Assembly (NCBI GenBank): GCA_035351775.1
Contig: DAOPWT010000002.1
Location: 1 to 50,345, forward strand
Reading direction: 5' to 3'
DNA length: 50,345 nt
Origin: Bacillota bacterium
GTDB taxonomy: Bacteria; Bacillota; DTU025
In this document: positions 16,585-25,906 of the stretch, piece by piece
How the letters are laid out: each line of letters starts with the position of its first letter
Position numbering within the stretch: position 1 is the stretch's first letter
Made by a program: the position numbers and the translations under genes
Notes under the pieces: model-generated
What the model was told of the DNA's origin: nothing
Seen by the model: only the letters and a program-made list of their open reading frames with translations
Database searches by the model: none

Positions 16585-17685
16585 ATGGCAGGAGTAAAGC
16601 TGGAGCATGTTTACAAGAAGTTCGGCAATGTCGTAGCGGTAAACGATGCGAACTTGGAGATCCGCGACAAGGAGTTCCTGGTACTTGTGGGTCCTTCGGG
16701 GTGCGGGAAGTCGACAACTCTTCGGATGGTGGCCGGGCTTGAGGAGATCACTTCGGGCGACATCTACATCGGCGACACTCTCGTCAACGACATTCCGCCA
16801 AAAGACCGCGATATCGCAATGGTTTTCCAAAACTATGCTCTGTATCCTCACATGGATGTCTACAACAACATGGCCTTCGGCCTCAAGCTGCGCAAGTTCC
16901 CCAAGGCTGAGATCGACAACAGGGTGAAGGACGCCGCCCGGATTTTGGGCATCGAGAACCTTCTCGATCGCAAGCCCAAGGCCCTGTCGGGTGGCCAGAG
17001 GCAGCGAGTTGCCGTCGGGCGCGCCATTGTGCGCGAGCCCAAGGTATTCCTAATGGACGAACCACTGTCCAACCTCGACGCCAAGCTGAGGGTTCAGATG
17101 AGGGCTGAGCTATCGCAGCTTCACAACAGGTTGCAGACGACGATAATCTACGTCACCCACGACCAAACTGAGGCCATGACAATGGGCGATCGCATCGTTG
17201 TGATGAAGGACGGCTTCATCAAGCAGGTGGGAGCGCCTCTCGATATCTATGAGCGGCCTGACAACATGTTTGTCGCAGGCTTCATCGGCAGCCCCGCCAT
17301 GAACTTCGCACCGGGCGTTCTTCGCAAGGAAGGCGATGACTACATCGTGGATTGCGAGAGCTTCCGGATAGGGGTGCCGCGCGGTAGGTTCAAGGAAATA
17401 GAGAAGTACGTCGATGAGAAGGTTATCCTTGGGATCAGGCCTGAGAACATCGAGGATATCGACTTCGTGGCAGACGCGCCTCGAGATAGGGTAGTCAAGT
17501 GCATGGTGGATGTGATTGAGCCAATGGGCGCCGAAGCCTACGTTTACTTGACGACCGGCCCCCACTCATTCGTGGCCAGGGTCAACCCTCGCACCAACGC
17601 TCGAGATGGCCAGCCTCATTCAGTCGTACTCAACATGGACGAGTGCCACCTGTTCGATCCATCTACTGAGAATACCATCAGATAA
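16585..17685 (+). CDS. Sugar ABC-transporter ATP-binding protein (MsmX/MalK/UgpC type), with no permease or binding protein adjacent
   Basis: Walker A is GPSGCGKST, the signature is LSGGQRQR, and Walker B is FLMDEPLSNLD. A MalK-type C-terminal regulatory domain is present. The start is the ATG at 16585, after GGGAGG. Confidence 0.9.
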   Translation: MAGVKLEHVYKKFGNVVAVNDANLEIRDKEFLVLVGPSGCGKSTTLRMVAGLEEITSGDIYIGDTLVNDIPPKDRDIAMVFQNYALYPHMDVYNNMAFGLKLRKFPKAEIDNRVKDAARILGIENLLDRKPKALSGGQRQRVAVGRAIVREPKVFLMDEPLSNLDAKLRVQMRAELSQLHNRLQTTIIYVTHDQTEAMTMGDRIVVMKDGFIKQVGAPLDIYERPDNMFVAGFIGSPAMNFAPGVLRKEGDDYIVDCESFRIGVPRGRFKEIEKYVDEKVILGIRPENIEDIDFVADAPRDRVVKCMVDVIEPMGAEAYVYLTTGPHSFVARVNPRTNARDGQPHSVVLNMDECHLFDPSTENTIR

Positions 17686-17700
17686 GGCTTACCAATGCAT

Positions 17701-17723
17701 CGCCGGGGCTCAATGCCCCGGCG
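17701..17723 (+). terminator. Stem-loop after the ATPase gene
   Basis: The hairpin is CGCCGGGGC-tcaat-GCCCCGGCG (9 bp), 16 nt after the stop. There is no clear U-tract. Confidence 0.35.
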
Positions 17724-17762
17724 TGCCGTTGTACGGCCATTCGGGAACGGGGGCGGTAGTGT

Positions 17763-18764
17763 ATGGGAATGGGAAGCGAGCGCCTCTTCATCGGCATTGA
17801 TCTCGGGGGCACCAAGATAGCTTCTGCGCTGGTTGATGCGGATATGAAGATGATCGACCGCATCGTTGTCGCCACTAGGCCGGAGGAAGGGCCGGGTGCC
17901 GTGATAGGCAGGATGCTCGACACGGTGCAGGACCTGATCGCAAGAAAGGGCTGCGACGCATGCGATGTCCGGGCCATAGGGATCGGCTGCCCGGGGCCCC
18001 TAGATCAGAGAACCGGTGCAGTGCTGGATGCGCCCAATCTGATGTGGAAAGATGTCTCTCTCGCGGAGCCGATAGCGAGGGCCACCGGGAGGCCCGTGTA
18101 TCTTGAGAACGACGCCAATGTTGCGGCGCTTGCAGAGAACAGGCTGGGCGCCGGCAGAGGCGCCGAACACATGATGTATATTACGGTCAGCACCGGCATA
18201 GGCAGTGGACTGATCCTCGGTGGCAAGCTGTATGTTGGGGCCGCGGGAGCCGCCGGAGAGCTGGGTCATGTGACCATGCTTGCCGACGGACCGTTGTGCA
18301 GGTGCGGGAATCGTGGATGCCTGGAATCGCTGGCGTCCGGCACCGCGATCGCGCGCCGAGCGCGCGAGATAGCGGTACGCCCTGGGGGTGAGGGGATTAC
18401 CAAAGCAGCGCATGGCGACATCGACGCCATAGACGCATCGCTGGTCGCGTCGGCGGCAGCTAGCGGCGATGCAGCGGCGGCAGCCATAATGCGCGCCGCA
18501 TTCGAATATCTTGGCATTGCAGTAGCCAACGTTGTAAACCTGCTCAATCTGGATATGGTAGTAATCGGCGGCGGCGTGGCGCGAGTTGGTGACATGCTGT
18601 TTGATACTGTTCGGCGCTTGGTAGGGCTGCGAGCCTTTGCGTGCCTGGCCCGGGGTGTAGCGATAGTTCCGGCCTCCTTGGGAGCTGACGTTGGCGCTCT
18701 TGGAGCTGCATGTTACGCAGCCGAAATGCTGGCCTGCGGGGAGCGGCGTGGCGTGGGCCGCTGA
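17763..18764 (+). CDS. ROK-family sugar kinase (glucokinase-like)
   Basis: The motifs are IGIDLGGTKI, ENDANVAALAE, ITVSTGIGSG and the zinc motif GHVTM...CRCGNRGCLES. Confidence 0.85.
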   Translation: MGMGSERLFIGIDLGGTKIASALVDADMKMIDRIVVATRPEEGPGAVIGRMLDTVQDLIARKGCDACDVRAIGIGCPGPLDQRTGAVLDAPNLMWKDVSLAEPIARATGRPVYLENDANVAALAENRLGAGRGAEHMMYITVSTGIGSGLILGGKLYVGAAGAAGELGHVTMLADGPLCRCGNRGCLESLASGTAIARRAREIAVRPGGEGITKAAHGDIDAIDASLVASAAASGDAAAAAIMRAAFEYLGIAVANVVNLLNLDMVVIGGGVARVGDMLFDTVRRLVGLRAFACLARGVAIVPASLGADVGALGAACYAAEMLACGERRGVGR

Positions 18765-18795
18765 GCGAGTACTTGCCGTGGCTGGAGGGACCTGT

Positions 18796-19728
18796 GTGAG
18801 GAGATTGTTGGCCGTCCTGGCTCTCACCGCAGTCATGGCTGTGATGGCGGCAGTGACTCTGCTGCAGCAGACATGCGCCGGCCAGACGCTCCTAATATGG
18901 GAGGCGGATGACCCGGTTGGCGATGACAATGGTCCGGGTACATACACATATCCCACGAACCCGGCGTTTTCGCCGTTTTCGGGAATCTTCGACCTAACGA
19001 AATTCAGAGTCCTCCACGATTCCGACAACGTCTACTTTGAGATCACCCTTGCTAGGATCGCCAATACATGGAATGCCCCGGAGGGGTTCAGCCACCAGCT
19101 CGTCAATATCTACGTCGATACGACTCCTAATGCCGGGCGCGTCGATACGCTGCGCGACGGCCCATTCGTGCTGTTTAGCTCGCGACATGCATGGGATGTG
19201 AACATAAAGATCATGGGGTGGGGCGGTACCCGTGTGTACTTTGCGTCGGACGATAACACGGCATCAGGAGTGTACGATGGGGTTTTCGCGGAGGCGCTCC
19301 CGGATGGCAAGACGATTCGCGCCGCCGCGCCCAAGAAGGTAGTCGGCGAGCCGTCTGACGTTTGGAAATACTACGTTCTGGTGGCCTCGCAGGACGGCTA
19401 TGGTCCCGATAACCACCGGCCTGTGATGGCTGCGGCCGGCGCCTGGGTGTTCGGCGGCGGATCCGACCTGGACGTGAATCCCAATGTCATCGATATCCTG
19501 GCGCCCGAATCGGGCCCCGCGTCTCAGCATAACCAGCTCGGCTCGTGGAGTGAACCCGAACGCCGTTTGGCTATGCTGTATCCGGCCAATGCCGATGGAA
19601 GGCTGGCCCTCAGGATCAGCCCCGTGGCGGTTGTCGTGGCGGGCTTGTTGGTCGTGGCCGTACTGGGTTACTTCGCGGCGAAGTCTCTTCGCGGCAGGCC
19701 AGGCAGTCAGGGAGGACTCATCCTGTGA
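18796..19728 (+). CDS. Exported glucodextranase-C/DOMON-like carbohydrate-binding domain protein with a C-terminal TM anchor
   Basis: The GTG at 18796 follows GGAGGGA. The signal peptide is VRRLLAVLALTAVMAVMAAVTLL. The motif DDPVGDDNGPGTYTYPTNPAF...FDLTKFRV matches what I associate with the glucodextranase C-terminal domain family. The C-terminus is a hydrophobic helix plus a basic tail (VAVVVAGLLVVAVLGYFAAKSLRGR). Confidence 0.6.
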   Translation: MRRLLAVLALTAVMAVMAAVTLLQQTCAGQTLLIWEADDPVGDDNGPGTYTYPTNPAFSPFSGIFDLTKFRVLHDSDNVYFEITLARIANTWNAPEGFSHQLVNIYVDTTPNAGRVDTLRDGPFVLFSSRHAWDVNIKIMGWGGTRVYFASDDNTASGVYDGVFAEALPDGKTIRAAAPKKVVGEPSDVWKYYVLVASQDGYGPDNHRPVMAAAGAWVFGGGSDLDVNPNVIDILAPESGPASQHNQLGSWSEPERRLAMLYPANADGRLALRISPVAVVVAGLLVVAVLGYFAAKSLRGRPGSQGGLIL

Positions 19729-22157
19729 CTGGGTGGAAACCATTGGCACGGGGCGCCGCAATTGTGATCGCCCTATTCGTCGCCTTGGGCCTCGCGTGGG
19801 CAGGGCCATGCGAGGCGGCGCGCCGCACCTGGCTCGATTGGCTTCTCGGCCCGCCCACGCAGGAGGAAAGCGGGCTGCCCGATGAATCTGCGGAAAGAAG
19901 CCTCGATGTAGTGTTCGCATTCTTCATGACCGGCGATGCTTCGCCGGAGTCGCTGGAAGCGGCGTCGTCCACATGCGAACAGCTATTGGACATGCTCCTT
20001 CGTGAGCCTGGGCGCAAGTTCTCTGTGGGGATGTCGGCGAGGCTTGCGTCGGCGCTCGCCTGGTCGGGCTCGCGCGCGCTCGGGCTCTTCCGCGACGGGG
20101 TGTCGCGTGAACAGTTTGAACTCCTGGGCTCCACACATTCTGATGCTGTTCTGGCGGCGCTCGACCCGTGGGACGCTCGAATTGCCATGTACTACGGCGC
20201 CGCCACGCTTCACGACATGTTCGGCAAGGCCCCGACGGGCTTTTGGAACCCATTGGGCGTGTGGAGGCAGGAGATCGTGCTTCCGATCAGCGCAGGCGGC
20301 TATTCGCACACAGTAATCGACAGCAGAATCGTGAAGGAAAGCGGGCTGGACGGGTTGCCGGCCCATGCTCCTTTGCGCGTATCATGGGGCGGTCGTGAGA
20401 TCGTGGTTTTCCAGGCGGACGCGGATTTTGCCCGCGCTGTGGACCGGAGCGTCGCAGAGGGCTCATCCGCCTCCGCCATTGCCTATCTTGAGCGGGCATA
20501 CGCGGAGGATCTGGCGGACGCGGCAGTAGTGGTGTACGCGCGGGAGGTGCAGGCAGGCGATGAGGGCCAGTCTTTCAAGGGGTTCGCTCCGCTTCTCGCG
20601 GCCCTTGAGAAGGAACCATGGCTCAGTTTGACCACATTCGAGGAGAGGGTGAGCCATGGCCCGCGTCCGCGCGCAGCGGGGCGGATACCCGAGGGCGAGC
20701 CTGCCGATGCGCGCCAGGCTGCCGTTGCCGCCGGATACGCCAACTGGTCCGCATATGACGCCAATTCCCCCGAGCTGCAGGACATGAGGGGTCTGTACGG
20801 AGACGTACGCCGCCGGATTCAGGCAGTGGAAGAGGACTTGCACAGGGCGGCAGTATCTGGGTCCGTTACGCCTGCCGCCTCCCGCCTGCTGGACCACGCC
20901 AAGCTCGTGTTCGCATGGCATCAACGCGGGTTTGGCCGGCCCGGAGCCAAGAGCGGCGCGCGAAGCCAATGGGAGGCAGTTCGAGCAGCTTATGTCGCCG
21001 CCCTCGCCGCATGGCAGTGCGCTCATCCCACCACGTCGGCTTACCGGGAAGATGTGGATAGGGACGGCATTGACGACGTGGTAGTGGTCAATCCAACCGA
21101 CATGTTCGTCCTGTCTCCCATCGGCGGGAGGCTGCTCTACTGGTATGATCTGGAGTATGGCGGCCAGTTGGTCGGATCGGACCTGGGTGAGGCAGGGCGG
21201 GCGGCCCTGGTGGACTCGATCTCGGCGCTGCCCGCGCCCGGGCTTTCCGAGGCCATCTACAGCGTGGAACTGGGCCCGGATTCCTCGAGGATCGTATTTG
21301 AGGCAGCTGCCGGCGCCGCAAAACTGCGCAAGGAGTTCATCCCTGGCCAGAGAGGGTTCCGGGTGGATTACACCCTGCGCGCTCGAGGTCGCGTAGATTT
21401 CAGCGTAGCCAGCGCCTTCTGCCCTGACCCGGACCGGATAGTCGTCGACGGCAGGGATGCACTGGCCTATTTGCATGCCGATGGTTCGCCGGCGAGCGCA
21501 CTGGCGCCCGGATCATCTTTCGGGCTGGCCAATGTGGTCTCAGGCAGTGCGATGTTGGCGAGGGTCGAACCCGGCGACACAGGCACTGTGCCGGCAGCTG
21601 ATGCCTGGTCTGACTCCACGATGTTCGGCAGGAGCCTGTCGCTTGGATACAAGCTGCAGATGTGGCCAGGAGCCTCGGCCGCAATATCCGCCCGGTTCGA
21701 GCGGGTCAGGATCCGGGCATCCGCGCCTCCGGTTCTGTGGGTCGAACCCAGCGGCGACAGCATCCTCGCCGCGATACCTTCCTATACGCGCCGCGTGACA
21801 GTGCGACAACTCTCGCCGGAGGGTTTCCCTGTTGACACCCTCATGCTCACGGCCGCCCGAAGCAATGAGCCCGACGCGGCCGATGTGGTCGCGCCCATGC
21901 CGCCTGGAGAATACGACCTGATGACCACATCGGTGCTCGGGCGGACCACCGCCATCGAGCGGGCGGATCGGTACACAGATGCAAAAACAAGGTTCGAGTT
22001 CTTTCCCCGAATCGCCGATTCCCGTGTGGAGCTGGCGCCCGGATATCGTCGGGTGGGATCGGCGGCAGGCATTGTGTGGGCCTTGCTGGGCGCCGCTGCG
22101 ATTGCAGGCGGAGCGGCGATGACGGCACGCTTGGCGCGGCGCCGGGCCCCTCGCTGA
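19725..22157 (+). CDS. GH57-like (4-alpha-glucanotransferase architecture) exported protein lacking the catalytic nucleophile; N-terminal signal/anchor and C-terminal TM anchor
   Basis: The GTG at 19725 overlaps the upstream stop (GTGA). Stretches parallel to GH57 conserved regions are present: EQFELLGSTHSDAVLAAL (GQLEIV region), FWNPLGVW (WLTERV region, with Leu177 at the Glu position), VFQADADF (HDDGEKFG region) and FAWHQRGFG (AYWHGVFGG region). DVDRDGIDDVVVVN resembles the C-terminal beta-sandwich domain. The tail is IVWALLGAAAIAGGAAMTARLARRR. Confidence 0.65.
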   Translation: MTGWKPLARGAAIVIALFVALGLAWAGPCEAARRTWLDWLLGPPTQEESGLPDESAERSLDVVFAFFMTGDASPESLEAASSTCEQLLDMLLREPGRKFSVGMSARLASALAWSGSRALGLFRDGVSREQFELLGSTHSDAVLAALDPWDARIAMYYGAATLHDMFGKAPTGFWNPLGVWRQEIVLPISAGGYSHTVIDSRIVKESGLDGLPAHAPLRVSWGGREIVVFQADADFARAVDRSVAEGSSASAIAYLERAYAEDLADAAVVVYAREVQAGDEGQSFKGFAPLLAALEKEPWLSLTTFEERVSHGPRPRAAGRIPEGEPADARQAAVAAGYANWSAYDANSPELQDMRGLYGDVRRRIQAVEEDLHRAAVSGSVTPAASRLLDHAKLVFAWHQRGFGRPGAKSGARSQWEAVRAAYVAALAAWQCAHPTTSAYREDVDRDGIDDVVVVNPTDMFVLSPIGGRLLYWYDLEYGGQLVGSDLGEAGRAALVDSISALPAPGLSEAIYSVELGPDSSRIVFEAAAGAAKLRKEFIPGQRGFRVDYTLRARGRVDFSVASAFCPDPDRIVVDGRDALAYLHADGSPASALAPGSSFGLANVVSGSAMLARVEPGDTGTVPAADAWSDSTMFGRSLSLGYKLQMWPGASAAISARFERVRIRASAPPVLWVEPSGDSILAAIPSYTRRVTVRQLSPEGFPVDTLMLTAARSNEPDAADVVAPMPPGEYDLMTTSVLGRTTAIERADRYTDAKTRFEFFPRIADSRVELAPGYRRVGSAAGIVWALLGAAAIAGGAAMTARLARRRAPR

Positions 22158-22262
22158 CAGTGGGCAATAGCGCATAATTCGCATCTTGCGGCCAAACATA
22201 AGACTGCGGCGCCGGCAACCGGCCGGTACCGTAGTCTTTCGCTTTCTGGGAAGGGATGCACA

Positions 22263-23456
22263 GTGCGTGTGATGATGATCAGCTGGGAGTACCCGCCGCG
22301 AGTAGTGGGCGGGCTGGCGCGGCATGTTCAGGAACTCGCGAGAGCGATGGCGGAGAGCGCAGAAGTGCATGTAGTGACCTGCGCGGTGGAGGGCAGCGGT
22401 TCGGTCGAGCGCGACCGGGGCGTATGGGTGCACAGGGCCAGCCCGATAGGGCCTCTGGTAGACGATTTCATGTCATGGGCGATGCAACTTTCTCACGCTC
22501 TACTTGCCTGCGGTTGCACGGTTGCCGTGCGCGGCGGGCCGTTCGACATTGTACATGCTCATGATTGGACCGCGGCGCTGGCCGGCGCCGGACTCAAGCG
22601 CGAAATGGGCCTTCCCCTTCTGGCCACGATCCATGCCACTGAATCTGGGCGCAACGGAGGCCTCTGCACTCCCGCACAGCGCCGGATATCGGATCTGGAG
22701 TGGTTTCTCTGCTATGAGGCGTGGCGGGTGATCGTATGCTCGCTGCACATGCAGAGCGAGGTAATGGGGGTGTTCGGGCTGCCCGCCGATAAGGTGCGCG
22801 TCATGCCAAATGGCGTGGACGCCGAGCAGTTCGCCCAGGCACTTTCGTACCGCAGTTGGGGCGGTGCGGGCGGCGCGGACGACAGCATCATACTCTTCGT
22901 CGGAAGGCTTGTGCACGAAAAGGGCGTGCACACACTGATCGAAGCGATGCCCAAGATACTGAAATACTGGCCGGGCGCCAGGCTTGTGATCGCAGGCAGA
23001 GGGCCGGCTGAGGAAAGCCTGCGCCAGCTGGCCGCGGGCCTGGGCCTTGGAGGCAGCGTGTCAATGGTCGGCTTCATTCCAGATGATGAGCGCAACCGGC
23101 TGTATGGCATGGCCGCGGTCGCGGTAGTGCCCAGCCTCTACGAGCCTTTCGGAATCACGGCACTTGAAGCCATGGCAGCGGGCACGCCCCTCATTGCGGC
23201 CGACACGGGAGGCCTTGCGGAGATCGTCAATAACGGGGTAAACGGATGGCAGTTCTATGCGGGCAGCTCGAATTCGCTGGCTGATGCCGTGCTGCACGTA
23301 CTGCATAGCCCAGAAGAGGCCAGGAGAGCCGCGGAGGTTGCCCGCCGCGAAGTGCTGTCGACATACGATTGGGGAGCCATCGCCCGCGGTACCATCGACG
23401 TGTATGATGAGGTCCTAAGCGACGCCGCAGCGCAGGAGGAGGCCATGGCCAGGTGA
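22263..23456 (+). CDS. GT4-family glycosyltransferase (alpha-glucan/glycogen synthase-like)
   Basis: The N-terminus is MRVMMISWEYPPRVVGGLARHV. The E-x7-E region is EPFGITALEAMAAGTPLIAADTGGLAEIV. The start is the GTG at 22263, after GGGAAGGGA. Confidence 0.8.
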   Translation: MRVMMISWEYPPRVVGGLARHVQELARAMAESAEVHVVTCAVEGSGSVERDRGVWVHRASPIGPLVDDFMSWAMQLSHALLACGCTVAVRGGPFDIVHAHDWTAALAGAGLKREMGLPLLATIHATESGRNGGLCTPAQRRISDLEWFLCYEAWRVIVCSLHMQSEVMGVFGLPADKVRVMPNGVDAEQFAQALSYRSWGGAGGADDSIILFVGRLVHEKGVHTLIEAMPKILKYWPGARLVIAGRGPAEESLRQLAAGLGLGGSVSMVGFIPDDERNRLYGMAAVAVVPSLYEPFGITALEAMAAGTPLIAADTGGLAEIVNNGVNGWQFYAGSSNSLADAVLHVLHSPEEARRAAEVARREVLSTYDWGAIARGTIDVYDEVLSDAAAQEEAMAR

Positions 23457-25906
23457 AAGCAGTGATTATGGCAGGAGGCAAGGGCACCCGGCTCCGTCCG
23501 CTCACCTGCACGCTCCCAAAGCCCATGGTGCCGGTGGCGTGTAGGCCCATGATGGAGCATGTTGTGAACCTGGCTGTGGCGCATGGCTTTCGCGACTTGG
23601 CGTGCACCCTCTGCTACATGCCCGATACCATCCAGACCCATTTCGGCGACGGGGCCTCTTTCGGGTGCTCCATCAGGTATTCCATAGAGGAAACGCCTCT
23701 TGGCACTGCGGGCAGCGTACGCGCGCTGGCCGACTTCACGGACGACACATTCCTGGTCATCAGCGGCGACGCCCTAACTGATATCGATCTCGCTTCGGCA
23801 GTCGAGTTTCACAGGCAGAAGGGCGCGGCCGCCACCATCGTGCTTACCCGCGTGGAGGCGCCGCTGGAGTACGGAGTAGTCATAGTAGACGGCGATTGCC
23901 GCATCACGCGCTTTCTGGAGAAGCCCAGCTGGGGAGAGGTATTCAGCGACACTGTGAATACTGGGATCTATGTGCTGGAGCCGGATGTGATGGAGCTGGT
24001 CGAGGCTTCGCGGGAGTTCGACTTCAGCAAGAATCTGTTTCCGCAGCTCCTGGCCGACGGGTATCCGATGTTTGGGTACGTGGCCGAAGGATACTGGTGC
24101 GATGTGGGCAACCTGGAGCAGTACCGCAACACTCATCTGGACATCCTCGATGGACGAGTTCGCCTGGCTATCCCTGGCGAACTAGTGGATGAGGGCGTGT
24201 GGATCGGCGAGGGGGCCGAGGTGGAGACGGGCGCGGTGCTCAGGGCGCCAGTGGTGATCGGGCCTCGGGCACGGGTGGAGAAGGGCGCCGTGGCCGGCGA
24301 CTACTCGGTGATAGGCGCTGCGTCCATATTGGCGGGCGGTTCTTCTGTGAGGCGCTCCATACTGTGGCCGGGCGCGTTCGTGGGGCAGAACGCCCAGGTG
24401 CATGCGGCCATTCTCGCGTCCAGGGTCAGTGTGAAGGCCGGCGCAACGGTGCTCGAGGGGGCAGTCATCGGCTCGGGCACGTCCATAGGTGAGCGCGCCC
24501 AGGTGAAGGCAGGCGTGAAGATCTGGCCTGACAAGGTGGTGGACGGGGGTTCGCAGGTCAATGCCAGCCTCGTATGGGGAGCGCCATGGTCAAAGCGCCT
24601 TTTCGGACGGTTGGGAGTAGTTGGGCTGTCCAATATAGAGGTGACCCCGGATTTCGCCGCCCGCCTGGGCGCGGCATATGCTTCGTGCCTGCCCGAGGGG
24701 TGCGCTATCACAGTGTCGAGCGATGTCCACCCTTCTTCCAGAATGACTAGGGCGTCTTTGGCCTGTGGGGCCATGTCAATCGGCGCGACAGTGGCTGATC
24801 TGGGCGATGCGACTACTGCGGTGGCGCGATATGCAGTGCCTGCGCTCAGTGCAGTCGGAGGCATGCATGCACGAGTATCGCCCGTCGATGATAATGTCAC
24901 GGTCATCGAGTTTCTGGACTCGGGCGGCATCAACATCGATAAGGCGCTGGAGCGCAAGATAGAGAACGCCTTGCTCACCGAGGATTACCGCAGAGCCGCT
25001 GCAAGCCGTGTCGGGGGCCGTCTTGAAGAGACGGGGATGACAGCGCTGTACCTGAGCGCCATAGAACGGGCCGTCGATGCGGAGTCAATCAGGAGGGCCC
25101 GCCTTCGTCTTGTGGTGGGATACGATGAAGACTACCTGCAGGATGTCATGAACCTGATTTCCGGCTCGCTCGGCTGCACGCTCAAGAAGACACATGCCTT
25201 CCAGGGCGCGTGGGCCATGGCTGAACTGGCAGACGCAGTCGTGGCAGAAGGCGCCGGGTTTGGAGTCTTGCTCGACCGTAACGCAGAGCGACTCGCGCTG
25301 GTCAATGAGCGCGGCGAAAGCATATGCGATGAGGATGTGCTGGCCCTGATCTGCGCTGCACTGCTCAAGTCGCGCGCGGGCGGAACGGTAGTAGTGCCTG
25401 TCACTGCTCCCGGGGCCATCGAGAAGGTGGCGATGGGTCTTCATGGGCGCGTAGTGAGGTCTCAGGCGAATCCCAGGTCCATGATGGAGAAGGCAATCGA
25501 GGCCAGGGTGATGATGGGCGAAGCCGGAGTTCCGCAGTTTCAGCCCATGCTCGACGGCCTTTTCGCCTTAGCTGTGCTGCTAGAGCAGCTTGCGCAGGGC
25601 AGCGCGCCGCTTTCGTCGATGGTCAGCGCAATGCCGCGTTCGTTCATGACCCGGCGCCTTGTGGACTGCCCGTGGCAATCCAAGGGGAGGGTGATGCGGC
25701 ATCTGATTGAGGAGACCGACAGCGAAGAAGTCCAGCTAGTAGACGGCATCAAGGTCTACACCGATCAGGGTTGGACGCTCATCCTGCCAGATTCCGAGGA
25801 CCCCGTCTTCCACGTCTACAGCGAGGCGGCAAGTCAGGAGATCGCGGAGGAGATCGCGGGCATCTACGTGTCGAGGATCGCGGATGCCATGGGCGATGTG
25901 GAGTAG
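23453..25906 (+). CDS. Sugar-1-phosphate nucleotidyltransferase + left-handed beta-helix + phosphohexomutase-like domain fusion
   Basis: The start/stop overlap with the GT4 gene is GTGA. The N-terminus carries MAGGKGTRLRPLT..PKPMVP. Hexapeptide repeats span roughly aa 240-360. The C-terminal ~440 aa is collinear with PGM/PMM, but the signature loops read RVSPVD, DRNAER, GEAGV and LPDSEDP. Confidence 0.85.
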   Translation: MKAVIMAGGKGTRLRPLTCTLPKPMVPVACRPMMEHVVNLAVAHGFRDLACTLCYMPDTIQTHFGDGASFGCSIRYSIEETPLGTAGSVRALADFTDDTFLVISGDALTDIDLASAVEFHRQKGAAATIVLTRVEAPLEYGVVIVDGDCRITRFLEKPSWGEVFSDTVNTGIYVLEPDVMELVEASREFDFSKNLFPQLLADGYPMFGYVAEGYWCDVGNLEQYRNTHLDILDGRVRLAIPGELVDEGVWIGEGAEVETGAVLRAPVVIGPRARVEKGAVAGDYSVIGAASILAGGSSVRRSILWPGAFVGQNAQVHAAILASRVSVKAGATVLEGAVIGSGTSIGERAQVKAGVKIWPDKVVDGGSQVNASLVWGAPWSKRLFGRLGVVGLSNIEVTPDFAARLGAAYASCLPEGCAITVSSDVHPSSRMTRASLACGAMSIGATVADLGDATTAVARYAVPALSAVGGMHARVSPVDDNVTVIEFLDSGGINIDKALERKIENALLTEDYRRAAASRVGGRLEETGMTALYLSAIERAVDAESIRRARLRLVVGYDEDYLQDVMNLISGSLGCTLKKTHAFQGAWAMAELADAVVAEGAGFGVLLDRNAERLALVNERGESICDEDVLALICAALLKSRAGGTVVVPVTAPGAIEKVAMGLHGRVVRSQANPRSMMEKAIEARVMMGEAGVPQFQPMLDGLFALAVLLEQLAQGSAPLSSMVSAMPRSFMTRRLVDCPWQSKGRVMRHLIEETDSEEVQLVDGIKVYTDQGWTLILPDSEDPVFHVYSEAASQEIAEEIAGIYVSRIADAMGDVE

